Shown here piece after piece: positions 20,586 to 30,828 of a stretch of 64,000 nt of DNA. Source of the stretch: a virus; IMG/VR virus record IMGVR_UViG_3300025141_000021; one strand, written 5' to 3'. Both the position numbers and the translations under genes were made by a program. Numbering within the stretch: position 1 is the stretch's first letter; each line of letters begins with the position of its first letter. The notes under the pieces are model-generated. The model was not told the origin of the DNA. It saw only the letters and a program-made list of their open reading frames with translations, and searched no databases.

Positions 20586-21733
20586 TTACAATTGTTTGCA
20601 AAAAAATCTTTTGTCTCTTTATTAAAAGTGTCAATCCATTTTTTCTCTAGTTTTGCAAAATCTTCTTGTTTCTGTCTTCCAAAATCATCACAATAATGCC
20701 AAACTTTTATCTGTTTTCCCTCTGAGGTAAACAGTTTATTATCATCCACGTAATATTGCTTTATAAAGTCAATATCTTTTTTAGTAGCAATTGAGTTGAT
20801 TAAAATTTCAGCACTATTCTGTTTGGCTAATTCTGTTAATACATTTTCTTGAGATCTGTGAGACCGAACATTATAAATAATGTCTTTATTTGTAATTTCT
20901 GGTATCGATATTTTTGGTCTTTTCATGTTTTTTGAGAATAAATCTAAATTTACTTCCCCTATATCTTTGTTTTCTAAATCTGGACCATACCCGGCAAATA
21001 AACAAAAATTTAAAGACCCTTGTTCATAATAATTGTTTATAAACCCCATTGGTATTTTATTATCAAATCTTTTATCTAAAACCGTAGTTTGAAAACAAAA
21101 ATCTACTACATGTTTCAGAAGCGTTAAATTATTAAAACAAACAACATCAGCGTTTAAATGTAAAAACTGAAACTTATATGCATCAGGATTTGTTATAATA
21201 TGTGCATGCTGCTGAGCAGTCTCCTGTTTATCGCTATTAATATTTTGATTTATGTCAAAAATATTTTCTAAATATGGATTTGGATTGTAAAGATTATAAC
21301 CAGCTGGGTAAGAACTTGCGTCTTTTTCGACAAGAATTGGACTTATATAGGCCGGGGGCCCCGACGGGCGGTTCTTATCTGCGGGAATGAGCAATGGATA
21401 ATTGAAATCTAACGTTGCTATAGCATCGCTTTCGTCATCATCAACAAATTCGCTTAAACGAGCACAAGTTATTGTGTCAGCGCCTAGAATTATAACTTTT
21501 TCATACCCCCCGCAAATAGAAAAATGACAAGCTAAAGAAAATTTAATATATCCATGTGATATTAAACTAGCCATAGGGGCTATAGTGCCGGCAAGATTAT
21601 TGACATAATTATAAAAATTACAAACAAGTGTGTCAATCTCTGGATGAAATTTAATGAAACTGTGTCCAGCATTAAGTGCTAGCTTTTCAAATCTTATATC
21701 TGAATAATATATTACACAAAGAGTTTTCCTCAT
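20564..21733 (-). CDS. putative GT-A glycosyltransferase
   Basis: ILGADTIT DxD-like motif, NADVVCF, EQGSLN; cluster context. Confidence 0.45.
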   Translation of the reverse strand: MRKTLCVIYYSDIRFEKLALNAGHSFIKFHPEIDTLVCNFYNYVNNLAGTIAPMASLISHGYIKFSLACHFSICGGYEKVIILGADTITCARLSEFVDDDESDAIATLDFNYPLLIPADKNRPSGPPAYISPILVEKDASSYPAGYNLYNPNPYLENIFDINQNINSDKQETAQQHAHIITNPDAYKFQFLHLNADVVCFNNLTLLKHVVDFCFQTTVLDKRFDNKIPMGFINNYYEQGSLNFCLFAGYGPDLENKDIGEVNLDLFSKNMKRPKISIPEITNKDIIYNVRSHRSQENVLTELAKQNSAEILINSIATKKDIDFIKQYYVDDNKLFTSEGKQIKVWHYCDDFGRQKQEDFAKLEKKWIDTFNKETKDFFANNCNCGDYFK

Positions 21734-22647
21734 GAAGACATAATCTTATTTAGAATAGAGCTTAACCGAATTTTGGATTCATGTTCTCGCATGAATCTCT
21801 CATGGCCGCGAGATGCAATGTCTTGTAACAATTGTTCTCGTTGTAAGAGAAATTTTATTTTTTCAAAAAGTTCAATTGGGCCTTCAAATGTTATTATTTC
21901 TTTGTCTGGGGCGAAAAACTCTTCTATGTCTTCAGTATATTCTGTCATCAAGAGCGTTTTTGCAGCAGGGACCTCAAAAACCCTGGCTTTTATCTGTGTT
22001 GAGGATTCAATTGCGTTTGTGTTTTTGCTAAAATTTAGGGCTATCTTTGAACTAGAGTGGAGCCAAGTCATATCTTCATGAGCTAGCCCATAAAAATATT
22101 CCATATTCACACCTTGCTTTTTCAAATAATCAGTATACCACTCCCTATCAGAATTTGGTCGGCCACAAAATGTAACATCAAGATTCTTTTCAGCATGTTG
22201 AGGATACAAATCTATGTTTGCGTGCCAGCCTCCTAACAAAATATTGTTATATCCAATGTCCTTGAACTTTTTAATATATCTCTTTTCTGGAGTTGAACAT
22301 ACAGTAAAATTCGAACATACCTGGCTTGAAAACGTATCAAATCTCCAAGTATCGTCACAAAACCAATTAAACGTTCTGGTTCTTCCAGATTCGGTTTCTT
22401 TTATAATATCTTCCCACGGTTCGTGAGGAGTTAATCCTGTATCCCCGGTCATACAACAGAAAATTAAATCAGGCTTAATCCGTTCAATAATACTGTTTAA
22501 ATCTTTTTCTTCTGGGTCGACCGTATCATAAAAATATACATCATGGTTTAGACTCATAAGAGGAATGTATACGTTCCAATAACCTCCGTCCAGCCGCGGT
22601 CGACCTCCATGAACCAGGGTTTTATTATGTACTAATATTATTTTCAT
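21730..22647 (-). CDS. CgeB-like GT-B glycosyltransferase
   Basis: WFCDDTWR, DVTFCG, SKIALNF, KARVFEVPA, FAPDKEI. Confidence 0.8.
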   Translation of the reverse strand: MKIILVHNKTLVHGGRPRLDGGYWNVYIPLMSLNHDVYFYDTVDPEEKDLNSIIERIKPDLIFCCMTGDTGLTPHEPWEDIIKETESGRTRTFNWFCDDTWRFDTFSSQVCSNFTVCSTPEKRYIKKFKDIGYNNILLGGWHANIDLYPQHAEKNLDVTFCGRPNSDREWYTDYLKKQGVNMEYFYGLAHEDMTWLHSSSKIALNFSKNTNAIESSTQIKARVFEVPAAKTLLMTEYTEDIEEFFAPDKEIITFEGPIELFEKIKFLLQREQLLQDIASRGHERFMREHESKIRLSSILNKIMSS

Positions 22648-23492
22648 TATTCAAGCTGGTTTAGTATTGTATTTGGAATTTCTTTACGCTTGTTCTTCAT
22701 TACTTCTATAAGAGGCTTTCCCTTTAATTTAAACCATGGTTCGCTAGTGGCGCCAACTAGTTGATTTGTTATAACAGACATGCCGGCCATACGAGCCTCA
22801 ATAACAAGTCTTGACAACGTCTCTGGCGTTTTTGGAAAAAAGACAAGACCCTTATTAGAGCTTAGCTTGTCAAGAAAGCTATGGTAATCTGGAGAACGTA
22901 TCAAATTATATTTAAATTTATTGGCCACGCAATATCTTATTGCTTCTCCTGTATTTTTGTGGGGTATACTCGAATCTAATATTGCAAAACTGTCACTCTT
23001 TTCTTTAGAGGAAAGCTCTTCAAGCTTTTCTAATGCTGCAATACTCCAAATATTTCCACCAAGATTAACTATATTATCAAGTTCCAAATTCTTTTTGACT
23101 ATTGATGCATGAAAAGAGGATTGACAAAATATTGCCTTGGCATTTTTGTAGAAATCCTTATTTATTATCTCTTCCGGAGGAGCATGAAAATATGAGAAAT
23201 CTGCTGGATTTCTTGTTGTTAAATATTTATGGTCATGTTCATAAATTGCATATTTGGCTTTTTTTGACAAAATTTCTTTGCACGGCTCATTTAATCCTAA
23301 AAAATTTGCAATTATATATGTTTTGTCTAAATTGTCAGCTATTACGTCTGGTGTAAGAGCTTGGGAATTGATTTTCGCTATATCATGGTCAGACGCTGCA
23401 ATGTGCTGTATGAATTCTTCGTTATTTAATTCGCCGCCGCCTAAAACGCCTTGCTCAACAAAAACGTCCGCTACAAAAATTAATTTCATCAA
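22647..23492 (-). CDS. putative glycosyltransferase
   Basis: GGGEL, PETLSRLVIEARMAG resemble GT-B motifs. Confidence 0.55.
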   Translation of the reverse strand: MMKLIFVADVFVEQGVLGGGELNNEEFIQHIAASDHDIAKINSQALTPDVIADNLDKTYIIANFLGLNEPCKEILSKKAKYAIYEHDHKYLTTRNPADFSYFHAPPEEIINKDFYKNAKAIFCQSSFHASIVKKNLELDNIVNLGGNIWSIAALEKLEELSSKEKSDSFAILDSSIPHKNTGEAIRYCVANKFKYNLIRSPDYHSFLDKLSSNKGLVFFPKTPETLSRLVIEARMAGMSVITNQLVGATSEPWFKLKGKPLIEVMKNKRKEIPNTILNQLE

Positions 23493-24757
23493 TCATGAAC
23501 CTGCGCATTCAAACTATTCATCCACTCATCAACATTGAAAACCTCTTCTTTGTGAATTGCATCGGCAAATTGCTTATATTTCTGCTCTGCCGTAAAATTT
23601 TCTAATATGTGCGCTTGCAAGTTTCTTGCCATTGAGGCAAATCGAGGATATGCCTTAAAAACCTCTCGAAGCCTTGATTTGTAAGATTTTTCATCCGCAA
23701 AACACCACTTTGAATCTGGTTGTAATACACCGTCCCAATGTGCTTCTGGTTGTATTGGCTGTAAAATATAATCAACTTTTGCAAAAAGCGGCTTTTTCTT
23801 GATTTTCTTTGTTTTCTTATTCCTAATTGGTGCATATAAAAAGTCACATTGGCCACTCCAATTTGGAGAAACTACAGGTACCCCATTATATGCAGCCTCA
23901 AATATTGGCAAACCAAAGCCTTCTCCGTGGGCCAGGGTTACAAAGGCCTTTACTTGTTTGTGTTTGTATAGGGCTGTCATTTCTTCATCTGACATTGCTC
24001 CATGCAAAACATAAACCTTGCATTTTCTATCAGAATATGGCGCCAATAAATTTCTAACTTGAATCTGGGTTGCTTCGCGGTCCATTGTACAATTATTCGC
24101 AGTGTTCATTTTAAGTATTAAGCCGACTTCGTCATCTTTAAACTCTTCGACAAACCAACGAATTGTATTTTCTACATTTTTTCTGGGGCTCCATTGGGCA
24201 ACAGCCAAATAATTGAAATCGTAGTCAAACTTTATATCTAAATCTGCCGGCTCAAAATTCCTAATTGGGTAATTAACGACCTCAACCGGCGTTTGGCACT
24301 TGAATTCAGGTGTAACTTCTCCAGTTTCATTATTGGTCGCTTCATAGCTTGTATTATCAAATCCATATTTTGCATGCTCGGAAACAACGATAATTTTGTC
24401 CATTATATTTGATTTTTCTACCCAGACTGGTGCAATCTTTGTTGTTTCAATTCCAGCAGTATAGCCAACGTTATAAGGCGCTAGCGGTTCCCACTCGTTG
24501 GGGATGGTAATTTGTAACGATATATCAAAAGTGCCCCCTTTGCTGGTGTGTTCTATTGTCTTTGCCAATAAGCTATCTATCCAGCGGCGTTCCTCATTGT
24601 CTTCATACATCCATCCAGTTTTTCCCCATGGGGTTGCCAATAAATATATGTCAAATCTTTCTTCATGGGCTCTTAAAGAGCGCAATGCAAATCGAGTTTG
24701 TTCACCATAACCAGAACGCGAAAGCGCGGGGCCTCGTACTATTATTTTCTTTCTCAT
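23489..24757 (-). CDS. GT4-family glycosyltransferase
   Basis: SGYG, RKNVE, GEGFGLPIFEAA. Confidence 0.85.
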   Translation of the reverse strand: MRKKIIVRGPALSRSGYGEQTRFALRSLRAHEERFDIYLLATPWGKTGWMYEDNEERRWIDSLLAKTIEHTSKGGTFDISLQITIPNEWEPLAPYNVGYTAGIETTKIAPVWVEKSNIMDKIIVVSEHAKYGFDNTSYEATNNETGEVTPEFKCQTPVEVVNYPIRNFEPADLDIKFDYDFNYLAVAQWSPRKNVENTIRWFVEEFKDDEVGLILKMNTANNCTMDREATQIQVRNLLAPYSDRKCKVYVLHGAMSDEEMTALYKHKQVKAFVTLAHGEGFGLPIFEAAYNGVPVVSPNWSGQCDFLYAPIRNKKTKKIKKKPLFAKVDYILQPIQPEAHWDGVLQPDSKWCFADEKSYKSRLREVFKAYPRFASMARNLQAHILENFTAEQKYKQFADAIHKEEVFNVDEWMNSLNAQVHD

Positions 24758-24758
24758 T

Positions 24759-26021
24759 TTAAGCCTCTTTCAACCGCCAGCCCTTGTAATTTTTTCTATT
24801 TTCCCAAGAACCCCTTTCTTCATGAATTTTTAACATGGTGTTAACCCATGTTTTGCCAAATTCTTCAAAATTATAATTTTTGTTTAAATGTTCTTTGCCT
24901 TTCTTGCCTAGTTCTTTTCGTTCTTCTGGGGTCATGTTGTGTATTTTTAATAAAGCGTCAACAAAGACTTCTTTGGATATTCTATCTTCATAAATGTATG
25001 GCACTTCTTGAGATCCTATTACGGCTTTTGAGGTGGGCTCTATTCCTACCCCAAACCACTCTTTCCCGTCGGTTACTTGTTCCTGTAGTCCGCCAGTCAT
25101 GTTTACAATAACCGGGGTTTCACAAGATAAAGATTCTAACGTCGCAAGGCCGAAACCTTCTGCATCAGAAATATTAACTGTGCAATCAGACATATTGTAT
25201 AACATTGATAAATTTTCCGGTGGTACCTTCTGTTGTGAAAATAAGACCTCTCCGTTAGTTAATCCCAATTCGTTAATGATTGCCTGTAAATCTTGACCAT
25301 GCTGATCTCCGATATCTGTATGCATTATCAATGTTGCTTTGTCTTTCCCGACGATATCCAGAAAATCCTTAAACCACCAAATAACAGAACCACTTTGTTT
25401 GCGTCTAGCATTTCTATTATTCCAGAAAAATACCGTCTTTTCCAAAGAGGCCTCTCCCAAAGTTTCTTTTCTAAATCCAGTGGCATCGTCATCGTCAATC
25501 GGCTTAAATATGTTGGGATTTACAGCATGAGGAATATATTTACATTCTATGTCTGGCGCTACGGTTGTCACAATGTCATAAGTAACTTTTGATATTGTTG
25601 CGATAAAATCGTTTGAATCATAGAATTTCTTGTTAAACATTGGATATGGGTAATTGTCCCATACATGATAATAAACCATTGGCATTAGCGGACGAATTTC
25701 ATCCTCAATTTGCCACAACCATCCCCAAAACCTAGGATCGGTCATAAACCAAAGAATGTCTGGTCGTTCTGTGCGAATAAGTGACCGGACCGAATCGTGG
25801 TTACCATATCCATCAATGGGAAATATAATCCAATCGTCGCCATATTCTTCAGTTTTAACTGGATTATAATCTTGGTGGGTTATTGCTCCGCCAAAACTTA
25901 TTACTTTAAATTTTCCACTTTTCAATAACGCCTCAATAATATATTTAGATTGAGTTCCAACACCAGATGGTGAGAGCGGATGATCACTTAATGTGAATAT
26001 TTTTATTTTTTTTTCTGTCAT
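24759..26021 (-). CDS. GT4-family glycosyltransferase
   Basis: NRNARRK, AEGFGLATLESL, TGGLQEQ. Confidence 0.88.
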   Translation of the reverse strand: MTEKKIKIFTLSDHPLSPSGVGTQSKYIIEALLKSGKFKVISFGGAITHQDYNPVKTEEYGDDWIIFPIDGYGNHDSVRSLIRTERPDILWFMTDPRFWGWLWQIEDEIRPLMPMVYYHVWDNYPYPMFNKKFYDSNDFIATISKVTYDIVTTVAPDIECKYIPHAVNPNIFKPIDDDDATGFRKETLGEASLEKTVFFWNNRNARRKQSGSVIWWFKDFLDIVGKDKATLIMHTDIGDQHGQDLQAIINELGLTNGEVLFSQQKVPPENLSMLYNMSDCTVNISDAEGFGLATLESLSCETPVIVNMTGGLQEQVTDGKEWFGVGIEPTSKAVIGSQEVPYIYEDRISKEVFVDALLKIHNMTPEERKELGKKGKEHLNKNYNFEEFGKTWVNTMLKIHEERGSWENRKNYKGWRLKEA

Positions 26022-26029
26022 GATTTTTC

Positions 26030-26791
26030 CTAGGGGCAGTCTTTCGTCTCATTAAAAGCACAATTTCTGCAAGAAGTGCGCTTTTTAACGTAATTCTGTT
26101 TACCAATATTGTAAAGCGCTTTCGTTAAAAATTTAAGGGCGTTATCAGTTTTTTTAGGACCACTGGTTACGCGGAAGAATTCAACCTTGTCTTTTTTGGC
26201 AGTTCTCTTAAGTAACGCAAAGTGTGTTTCGACATCTTTTGGTTCTATGTTGTGTTTAATACAGAAAAAGTGCTTGTATAATGTTAGTTGATAGGTCACT
26301 ATCGGATTAGCCCGTCTTCGCGTATCCCACCCCCATGAAGTGGTTTTCCAGTCTACAATATGATATTTGCCATCATTGGTTTTAATAACCGCGTCTATAT
26401 ATCCTTTGAAATTGATATTTTCATTTATTGGCACCATTAATTTTTCTTCACTGGAAATCACTTCGAAGTCAGTGAAATATTCTTTAAGGGCCGGCTCTAT
26501 CTCTGGAAGGAGAGACAATCCTTGCGGAATCATCTCTATTGCTCGTTCTAGATTAAACTCTACCTTATCACTTTCTAAAAGCTTAAGTGCTTTTTTAAAG
26601 CGTGTAACAAATTCGTCACCGGCGTCTATTTGTTCTTTCAGAAGCTTTTTTTCGCATACATCGTGAATAGCAGTGCCAAATGCGGTATATTCATTGCCCT
26701 TAAAGGCTTTAATACCGTCGATGTATACAAGTTTATGGTAGAACGGGCAAAAATCCCAATTCTTGAGTTCTGAATATGATATATGCGGCAA
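26030..26791 (-). CDS. PD-(D/E)xK nuclease, Cas4/AddB-like with probable 4Fe-4S ligands
   Basis: ISYS...CPF, GTAIH, E...GYID...IVDWKT, C-terminal CRNC...C. Confidence 0.85.
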   Translation of the reverse strand: MPHISYSELKNWDFCPFYHKLVYIDGIKAFKGNEYTAFGTAIHDVCEKKLLKEQIDAGDEFVTRFKKALKLLESDKVEFNLERAIEMIPQGLSLLPEIEPALKEYFTDFEVISSEEKLMVPINENINFKGYIDAVIKTNDGKYHIVDWKTTSWGWDTRRRANPIVTYQLTLYKHFFCIKHNIEPKDVETHFALLKRTAKKDKVEFFRVTSGPKKTDNALKFLTKALYNIGKQNYVKKRTSCRNCAFNETKDCP

Positions 26792-26792
26792 A

Positions 26793-27137
26793 CTAGCCTT
26801 CTTTCGTTTTATTTACTCTGGTGGATTTTGATTTACTTGGTTTTTTAACGCTTTTAGCGCTTTTCTTTTTTTCGGGTATGTTTATTTCAAAAACCCATTG
26901 GCCTTTCGACGCATTTAAGACAAAGTTTTTAACAACACATCCTTGTATACATGCACCCACATCGTAACCTTGGGCTCTCAAATATGCTGCGGCGCAGCCC
27001 TCACTTGCTATTATTTTATCAGAGCCCGGGCTAAGTGTCAAGCTAATTACCGCCACAGATTGGGGATTAGCAGAGTTAGCGGTATATCTCTCTTCTATTT
27101 TTACTTCAAAGGGCAGGTATCTAGGTTCAACGTTCAT
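26793..27137 (-). CDS. hypothetical protein with Lys-rich tail
   Basis: ORF in operon context. Confidence 0.5.
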   Translation of the reverse strand: MNVEPRYLPFEVKIEERYTANSANPQSVAVISLTLSPGSDKIIASEGCAAAYLRAQGYDVGACIQGCVVKNFVLNASKGQWVFEINIPEKKKSAKSVKKPSKSKSTRVNKTKEG

Positions 27138-27141
27138 TTTG

Positions 27142-27864
27142 CTATATCCTCGCGATATTATCTATCTTAATAAATAGTTGTGGGCTCACTTTTTGAAGAT
27201 ACCGCGGATCATCTGTATAATATCCTTCGAAGCCATTGGCAAAGTATTCACGCAAAGAAGTCGCCGCATAGGGAGATAAAAATAACCCCATAGTCAAAGC
27301 AGTAAGAGACGGATATCCAATTTCTTTGTATAAGAAATTATCAAATTCAGATGAATACTCCGAATTCATGAAAGGTTCTAGAGGAAGTTCATAACCCTCT
27401 GCCTTTAATATATCAAACAATCTTTTCCGTTTTCCCAAAAACTCTTTTTCAATTGCTCCATCCATATATATGTCCGTACCATAAGCCTCTTCAATTGCGT
27501 GTGCCAATTCGTGAATAATATTTTCAATCATTTGTTCTTCGCTGTGTTGTAGATTTGTCAAATAAAGAGCGCCATCTTTATAAAGTGCCTGAAGTTCTCT
27601 TTCAGCTAATTCTTCGAATCTTCCCACATAAATCATATCAATTTCTTTAGCTAGTTGGAGTGGTACTGTGTTTTCAACTTCCCCTAAAACGGCCGCTAAA
27701 TCAATATTCTCTGGCATAGGATCTTTGACATATACATATATGTCTCCAAAGAACGTGTACTCTTGTCGTTCTCTGAGCGTTTTTTCAAACGAATAACGGA
27801 TATACCTAATTGTTTTTATCCTGTTTGTTTGATTCTCGCATGAATTTTTGTCCTTCTTCTGCAT
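27142..27864 (-). CDS. zincin-like metallopeptidase
   Basis: IIHELAHAIE plus downstream YAATSLREYFA. Confidence 0.6.
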   Translation of the reverse strand: MQKKDKNSCENQTNRIKTIRYIRYSFEKTLRERQEYTFFGDIYVYVKDPMPENIDLAAVLGEVENTVPLQLAKEIDMIYVGRFEELAERELQALYKDGALYLTNLQHSEEQMIENIIHELAHAIEEAYGTDIYMDGAIEKEFLGKRKRLFDILKAEGYELPLEPFMNSEYSSEFDNFLYKEIGYPSLTALTMGLFLSPYAATSLREYFANGFEGYYTDDPRYLQKVSPQLFIKIDNIARI

Positions 27865-28123
27865 CTGATAATCCTTGGTGATATCCTCTTATCCAATTTT
27901 CTTCTGCCACAACCATTAAAAATTCCGGAAATTCCTTTGCCATCGTATCGATGACCATTTCAACCGTAACCTTATCCTCTTCTGGCTGTTGTGTCTCTCC
28001 AACATAATTAACCAGCCATTCCTTAAGTGGAGTATTTTTTTGTACTTTTTTATCCAAATAGGGATTTTCTAATTCTTTCTCTGTCTTTTCAAGTTCTTTT
28101 ATGTCCATTGCTTTATAATACAC
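27806..28123 (-). CDS. hypothetical protein
   Basis: ORF in operon context. Confidence 0.55.
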   Translation of the reverse strand: MYYKAMDIKELEKTEKELENPYLDKKVQKNTPLKEWLVNYVGETQQPEEDKVTVEMVIDTMAKEFPEFLMVVAEENWIRGYHQGLSDAEEGQKFMRESNKQDKNN

Positions 28124-29441
28124 GAGAAGCTAAAGTTGCTACCTTGCTTCTCTCTCCTTTCTGAAGTGTTATGTGCCCTGATATATCGTGAGCTTTTAAT
28201 TTTTCTACAGCGTATGTTAGCCCATTAGAGAACTCATCAATATAAACACTATCAATTTGTTCAATATCTCCAGTTAAAATAACTTTCGTTCCCTCGCCAA
28301 CTCTTGTAATAATAGTCTTTAATTCGTGACTTGTTAAGTTTTGTGCCTCATCGATTATGATATATGCATTAGAAATTGAACGTCCACGAATATAGGTCAG
28401 CGCCTCAATTTCAACCACACCGCGATCCATATAGTCTCTTAGCGTTATTTTATCATTTCCCATTAAGAATTGAAGATTATCTTGAATAGGCATTAGCCAA
28501 GGAGACATTTTTTCTTCCAACGTGCCGGGAAGAAAGCCTATATCCTTTCCCAAAGGCTGAACCGGACGAGAAACAATTAAACGAGTATACACTTGTGCCA
28601 CACCGGTTATATCTTCCAAAGTTTGTTGTAAGCCGGCTGCGATTGCACAAAGCGTTTTTCCAGAGCCCGCTTTCCCGACTAAACTAACAATTGGAATCGC
28701 TGGATCCATTAATAAGTCCATTGCAAATGATTGTTCTTTGTTCCTTGCTTTGATATTCCAAACTCCTTTTTTAAAATTTGCAACTTTCTTTAATGGTTTG
28801 TTTTGGCCAGCATACCGAGCCAATGCTGACTTTTTTTCATTAGAATTAGAAACGAGCATTAAAAATTGGTTTGGATAAAATTGAGCCAAACCTGTTTCAT
28901 CTAAACAAACCTTTTCATTATCATAAAATTGATCTACAAATTGATCATCGACAAGAACAGTTGTATGGCCTTTATATAATTCAGTTCGTTCTCTTATAAC
29001 GTGGCTTGGTTCATAATCTTCGCTTTGTAATCCAAGAGCATTACATATAACCCGCATGTTAACATCGTTTGAGACTGCAATTACTTTTCTTTTAGGATTA
29101 TCGTTTTGTTCTGATAATGCTGTCGCGACAATCATATGGTCTGGTATCGACAAATCCAGATCTGCCGGTAGATTTAAGGATTCAAATCCGCGAACCCTAA
29201 TAATACCAAAACCCTTGCCAAGCCTAACTCCGTTTCCTAAGTTTCCTTTTTGCCGAAGATTGTCCAACGTTCGAATGGTTAGTCGGGCGTTTAAACCTAC
29301 AAGGTCTTGTCGCTTTTTGTGTTTATCAATTTCTTCTAAAACTTTGAGTGGGATTACAATGTCATTGTTCCCGTATGAATGAATTGAACTGGCATCTGTC
29401 AAATAGACACTAGTGTCTAGAACATAGGTCTTTTTTGCCAT
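28113..29441 (-). CDS. phoH: PIN-PhoH protein
   Basis: N-terminal PIN VLDTSVYL; GKAGSGKT; IGFLPG; YIRGRS; IIDEAQN; LTGDIEQID. Confidence 0.93.
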   Translation of the reverse strand: MAKKTYVLDTSVYLTDASSIHSYGNNDIVIPLKVLEEIDKHKKRQDLVGLNARLTIRTLDNLRQKGNLGNGVRLGKGFGIIRVRGFESLNLPADLDLSIPDHMIVATALSEQNDNPKRKVIAVSNDVNMRVICNALGLQSEDYEPSHVIRERTELYKGHTTVLVDDQFVDQFYDNEKVCLDETGLAQFYPNQFLMLVSNSNEKKSALARYAGQNKPLKKVANFKKGVWNIKARNKEQSFAMDLLMDPAIPIVSLVGKAGSGKTLCAIAAGLQQTLEDITGVAQVYTRLIVSRPVQPLGKDIGFLPGTLEEKMSPWLMPIQDNLQFLMGNDKITLRDYMDRGVVEIEALTYIRGRSISNAYIIIDEAQNLTSHELKTIITRVGEGTKVILTGDIEQIDSVYIDEFSNGLTYAVEKLKAHDISGHITLQKGERSKVATLASRVL

Positions 29442-29450
29442 CAGATATAA

Positions 29451-29750
29451 TTAGTCACTTTCATCTAAATAATACACGTTCCCTTCTTGCCTGGGGCCAG
29501 AATGGTCATAATCATTTAATGTAAAGTCTTCCAACTCTTCTTCAATGGCTTCCCAAGGCAAGGGAATCAGGCCGGCTTCGTTCAATGCCACTGCATGCAT
29601 AACAATCTCGTTATTAATGTCCCACATCTTTGCATGTAAAACTCCAAGGTCACGGCGAAAACGAAAAACCCATATGATAGTTGCAGCAGTCAAAAAAAGC
29701 TGTGCTACCCCATATAATATTAAAAAAAATAAAATTAAATTAGTATCCAT
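29451..29750 (-). CDS. membrane protein
   Basis: N-terminal transmembrane helix. Confidence 0.55.
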   Translation of the reverse strand: MDTNLILFFLILYGVAQLFLTAATIIWVFRFRRDLGVLHAKMWDINNEIVMHAVALNEAGLIPLPWEAIEEELEDFTLNDYDHSGPRQEGNVYYLDESD

Positions 29751-30280
29751 TATTCCCTTTCATATTGTCTAATTGCTTCAAACAACATTATATTCGCTGT
29801 TTGTGAAGTATTTAAGCAGTATCCTACTCCCGGCATTGGTATATACACTACCTCAGACCTTCGAAGAATCTCAGGGGGAACTCCAGTCTCTTCGTTACCA
29901 ACGACCAAGCAAACAGGGCGAGTAAAATTGAAATTATAAGAAGATAGGGGTCTTGCACCTTCCTCCAACTCGCCAGATACAATTTGTATTCCCTCAAGCT
30001 GCGCGTGAGTAAGGAATTCTGATGGATTAGAAAATTGAATAATTTCAACATAATCTACTAACGACCCAGAAGTTGTTTTTACGCGAGACCGGTCAGGTAT
30101 GTGTCCAATAACATAAAGCCGTTCTGCACCAAAGCAAGCAGCACTCCTAATAAGATACCCAAGGTTATCATCAACGCGGAAATTGATAGCGCAGAGACTA
30201 ATCGGATACTTCTTGGCATTTTTAAGTTTTTTATCATATCGTTGTCTTCTAGTATTTTCTCTCACTACCAGACTATCCAT
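29750..30280 (-). CDS. SpoU/TrmH-family RNA 2'-O-methyltransferase
   Basis: NLGYLIRSAACFG, VVGNEETGV, IPM.G...LNTS. Confidence 0.88.
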   Translation of the reverse strand: MDSLVVRENTRRQRYDKKLKNAKKYPISLCAINFRVDDNLGYLIRSAACFGAERLYVIGHIPDRSRVKTTSGSLVDYVEIIQFSNPSEFLTHAQLEGIQIVSGELEEGARPLSSYNFNFTRPVCLVVGNEETGVPPEILRRSEVVYIPMPGVGYCLNTSQTANIMLFEAIRQYERE

Positions 30281-30699
30281 TCGCTAGCAAAATTTCCATC
30301 ATTATCCTCTGTTACGAATTCAATATCGTAAATGTTGTCGCAGTCAACTAAAGTGCTGGTAAACTGATAGCCGTATTGTCCTTGGCCATTGGCATACAGA
30401 TAGTATGTCCAGATATCATACCCGTAATACTCATAAATGTTAACTTCGACACTATAAATATTATTATAACCGCCTGTTGAATCAACATCGGCATAAAACT
30501 CCCATACCGACGAATCAGTATAGTATCCATATTCATGTGTGCAATATATATCTGCATGTTCGATCCAGACATGATCACTGTATGTATTATGTGGGGCGCC
30601 TGTTGTGTCGGTATATGTATCGTCGACAATAATATAACAGCCGCTCAAAAGACTAGCGAGGACAAAAGTAAAAATATTCTTCATATTAATATTATACAT
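30265..30699 (-). CDS. predicted lipoprotein, Tyr/Asp-rich
   Basis: Signal peptide with LLSGC lipobox. Confidence 0.55.
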   Translation of the reverse strand: MYNINMKNIFTFVLASLLSGCYIIVDDTYTDTTGAPHNTYSDHVWIEHADIYCTHEYGYYTDSSVWEFYADVDSTGGYNNIYSVEVNIYEYYGYDIWTYYLYANGQGQYGYQFTSTLVDCDNIYDIEFVTEDNDGNFASEWIVW

Positions 30700-30719
30700 C
30701 TTCTGTGTTTAGATGTCAA
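30691..30719 (-). promoter_or_regulatory. consensus sigma70-type promoter
   Basis: TTGACA-17 bp-TATAAT read on the minus strand. Confidence 0.85.
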
Positions 30720-30733
30720 TAAAAAATGATGTT

Positions 30734-30809
30734 TGGTGAGCCATGAGGGACTCGAACCCCCAGCCGATGGATTAAAAGTCCACTGCTCTACCCGTTGAGC
30801 TAATGGCCC
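30734..30809 (-). tRNA. tRNA-Lys(UUU)
   Basis: Cloverleaf GGGCCAT...ATGGCTC ACCA; anticodon loop CTTTTAA; GTTCGAGTCC T-arm. Confidence 0.95.
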
Positions 30810-30828
30810 GTTTTCCAAACATTAATAA

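Noticed and set aside
1637-26021. Interpretation as a bacterial O-antigen/capsule locus
   Set aside because: No wzx/wzy/wzz, ABC exporter or priming transferase, and it is flanked by a phage-type sigma factor and nuclease; not fully excluded without the rest of the contig
26030-26791. CRISPR-Cas association of the Cas4-like nuclease
   Set aside because: No repeat-spacer array or other cas genes seen; solo Cas4-like nucleases are common in phages
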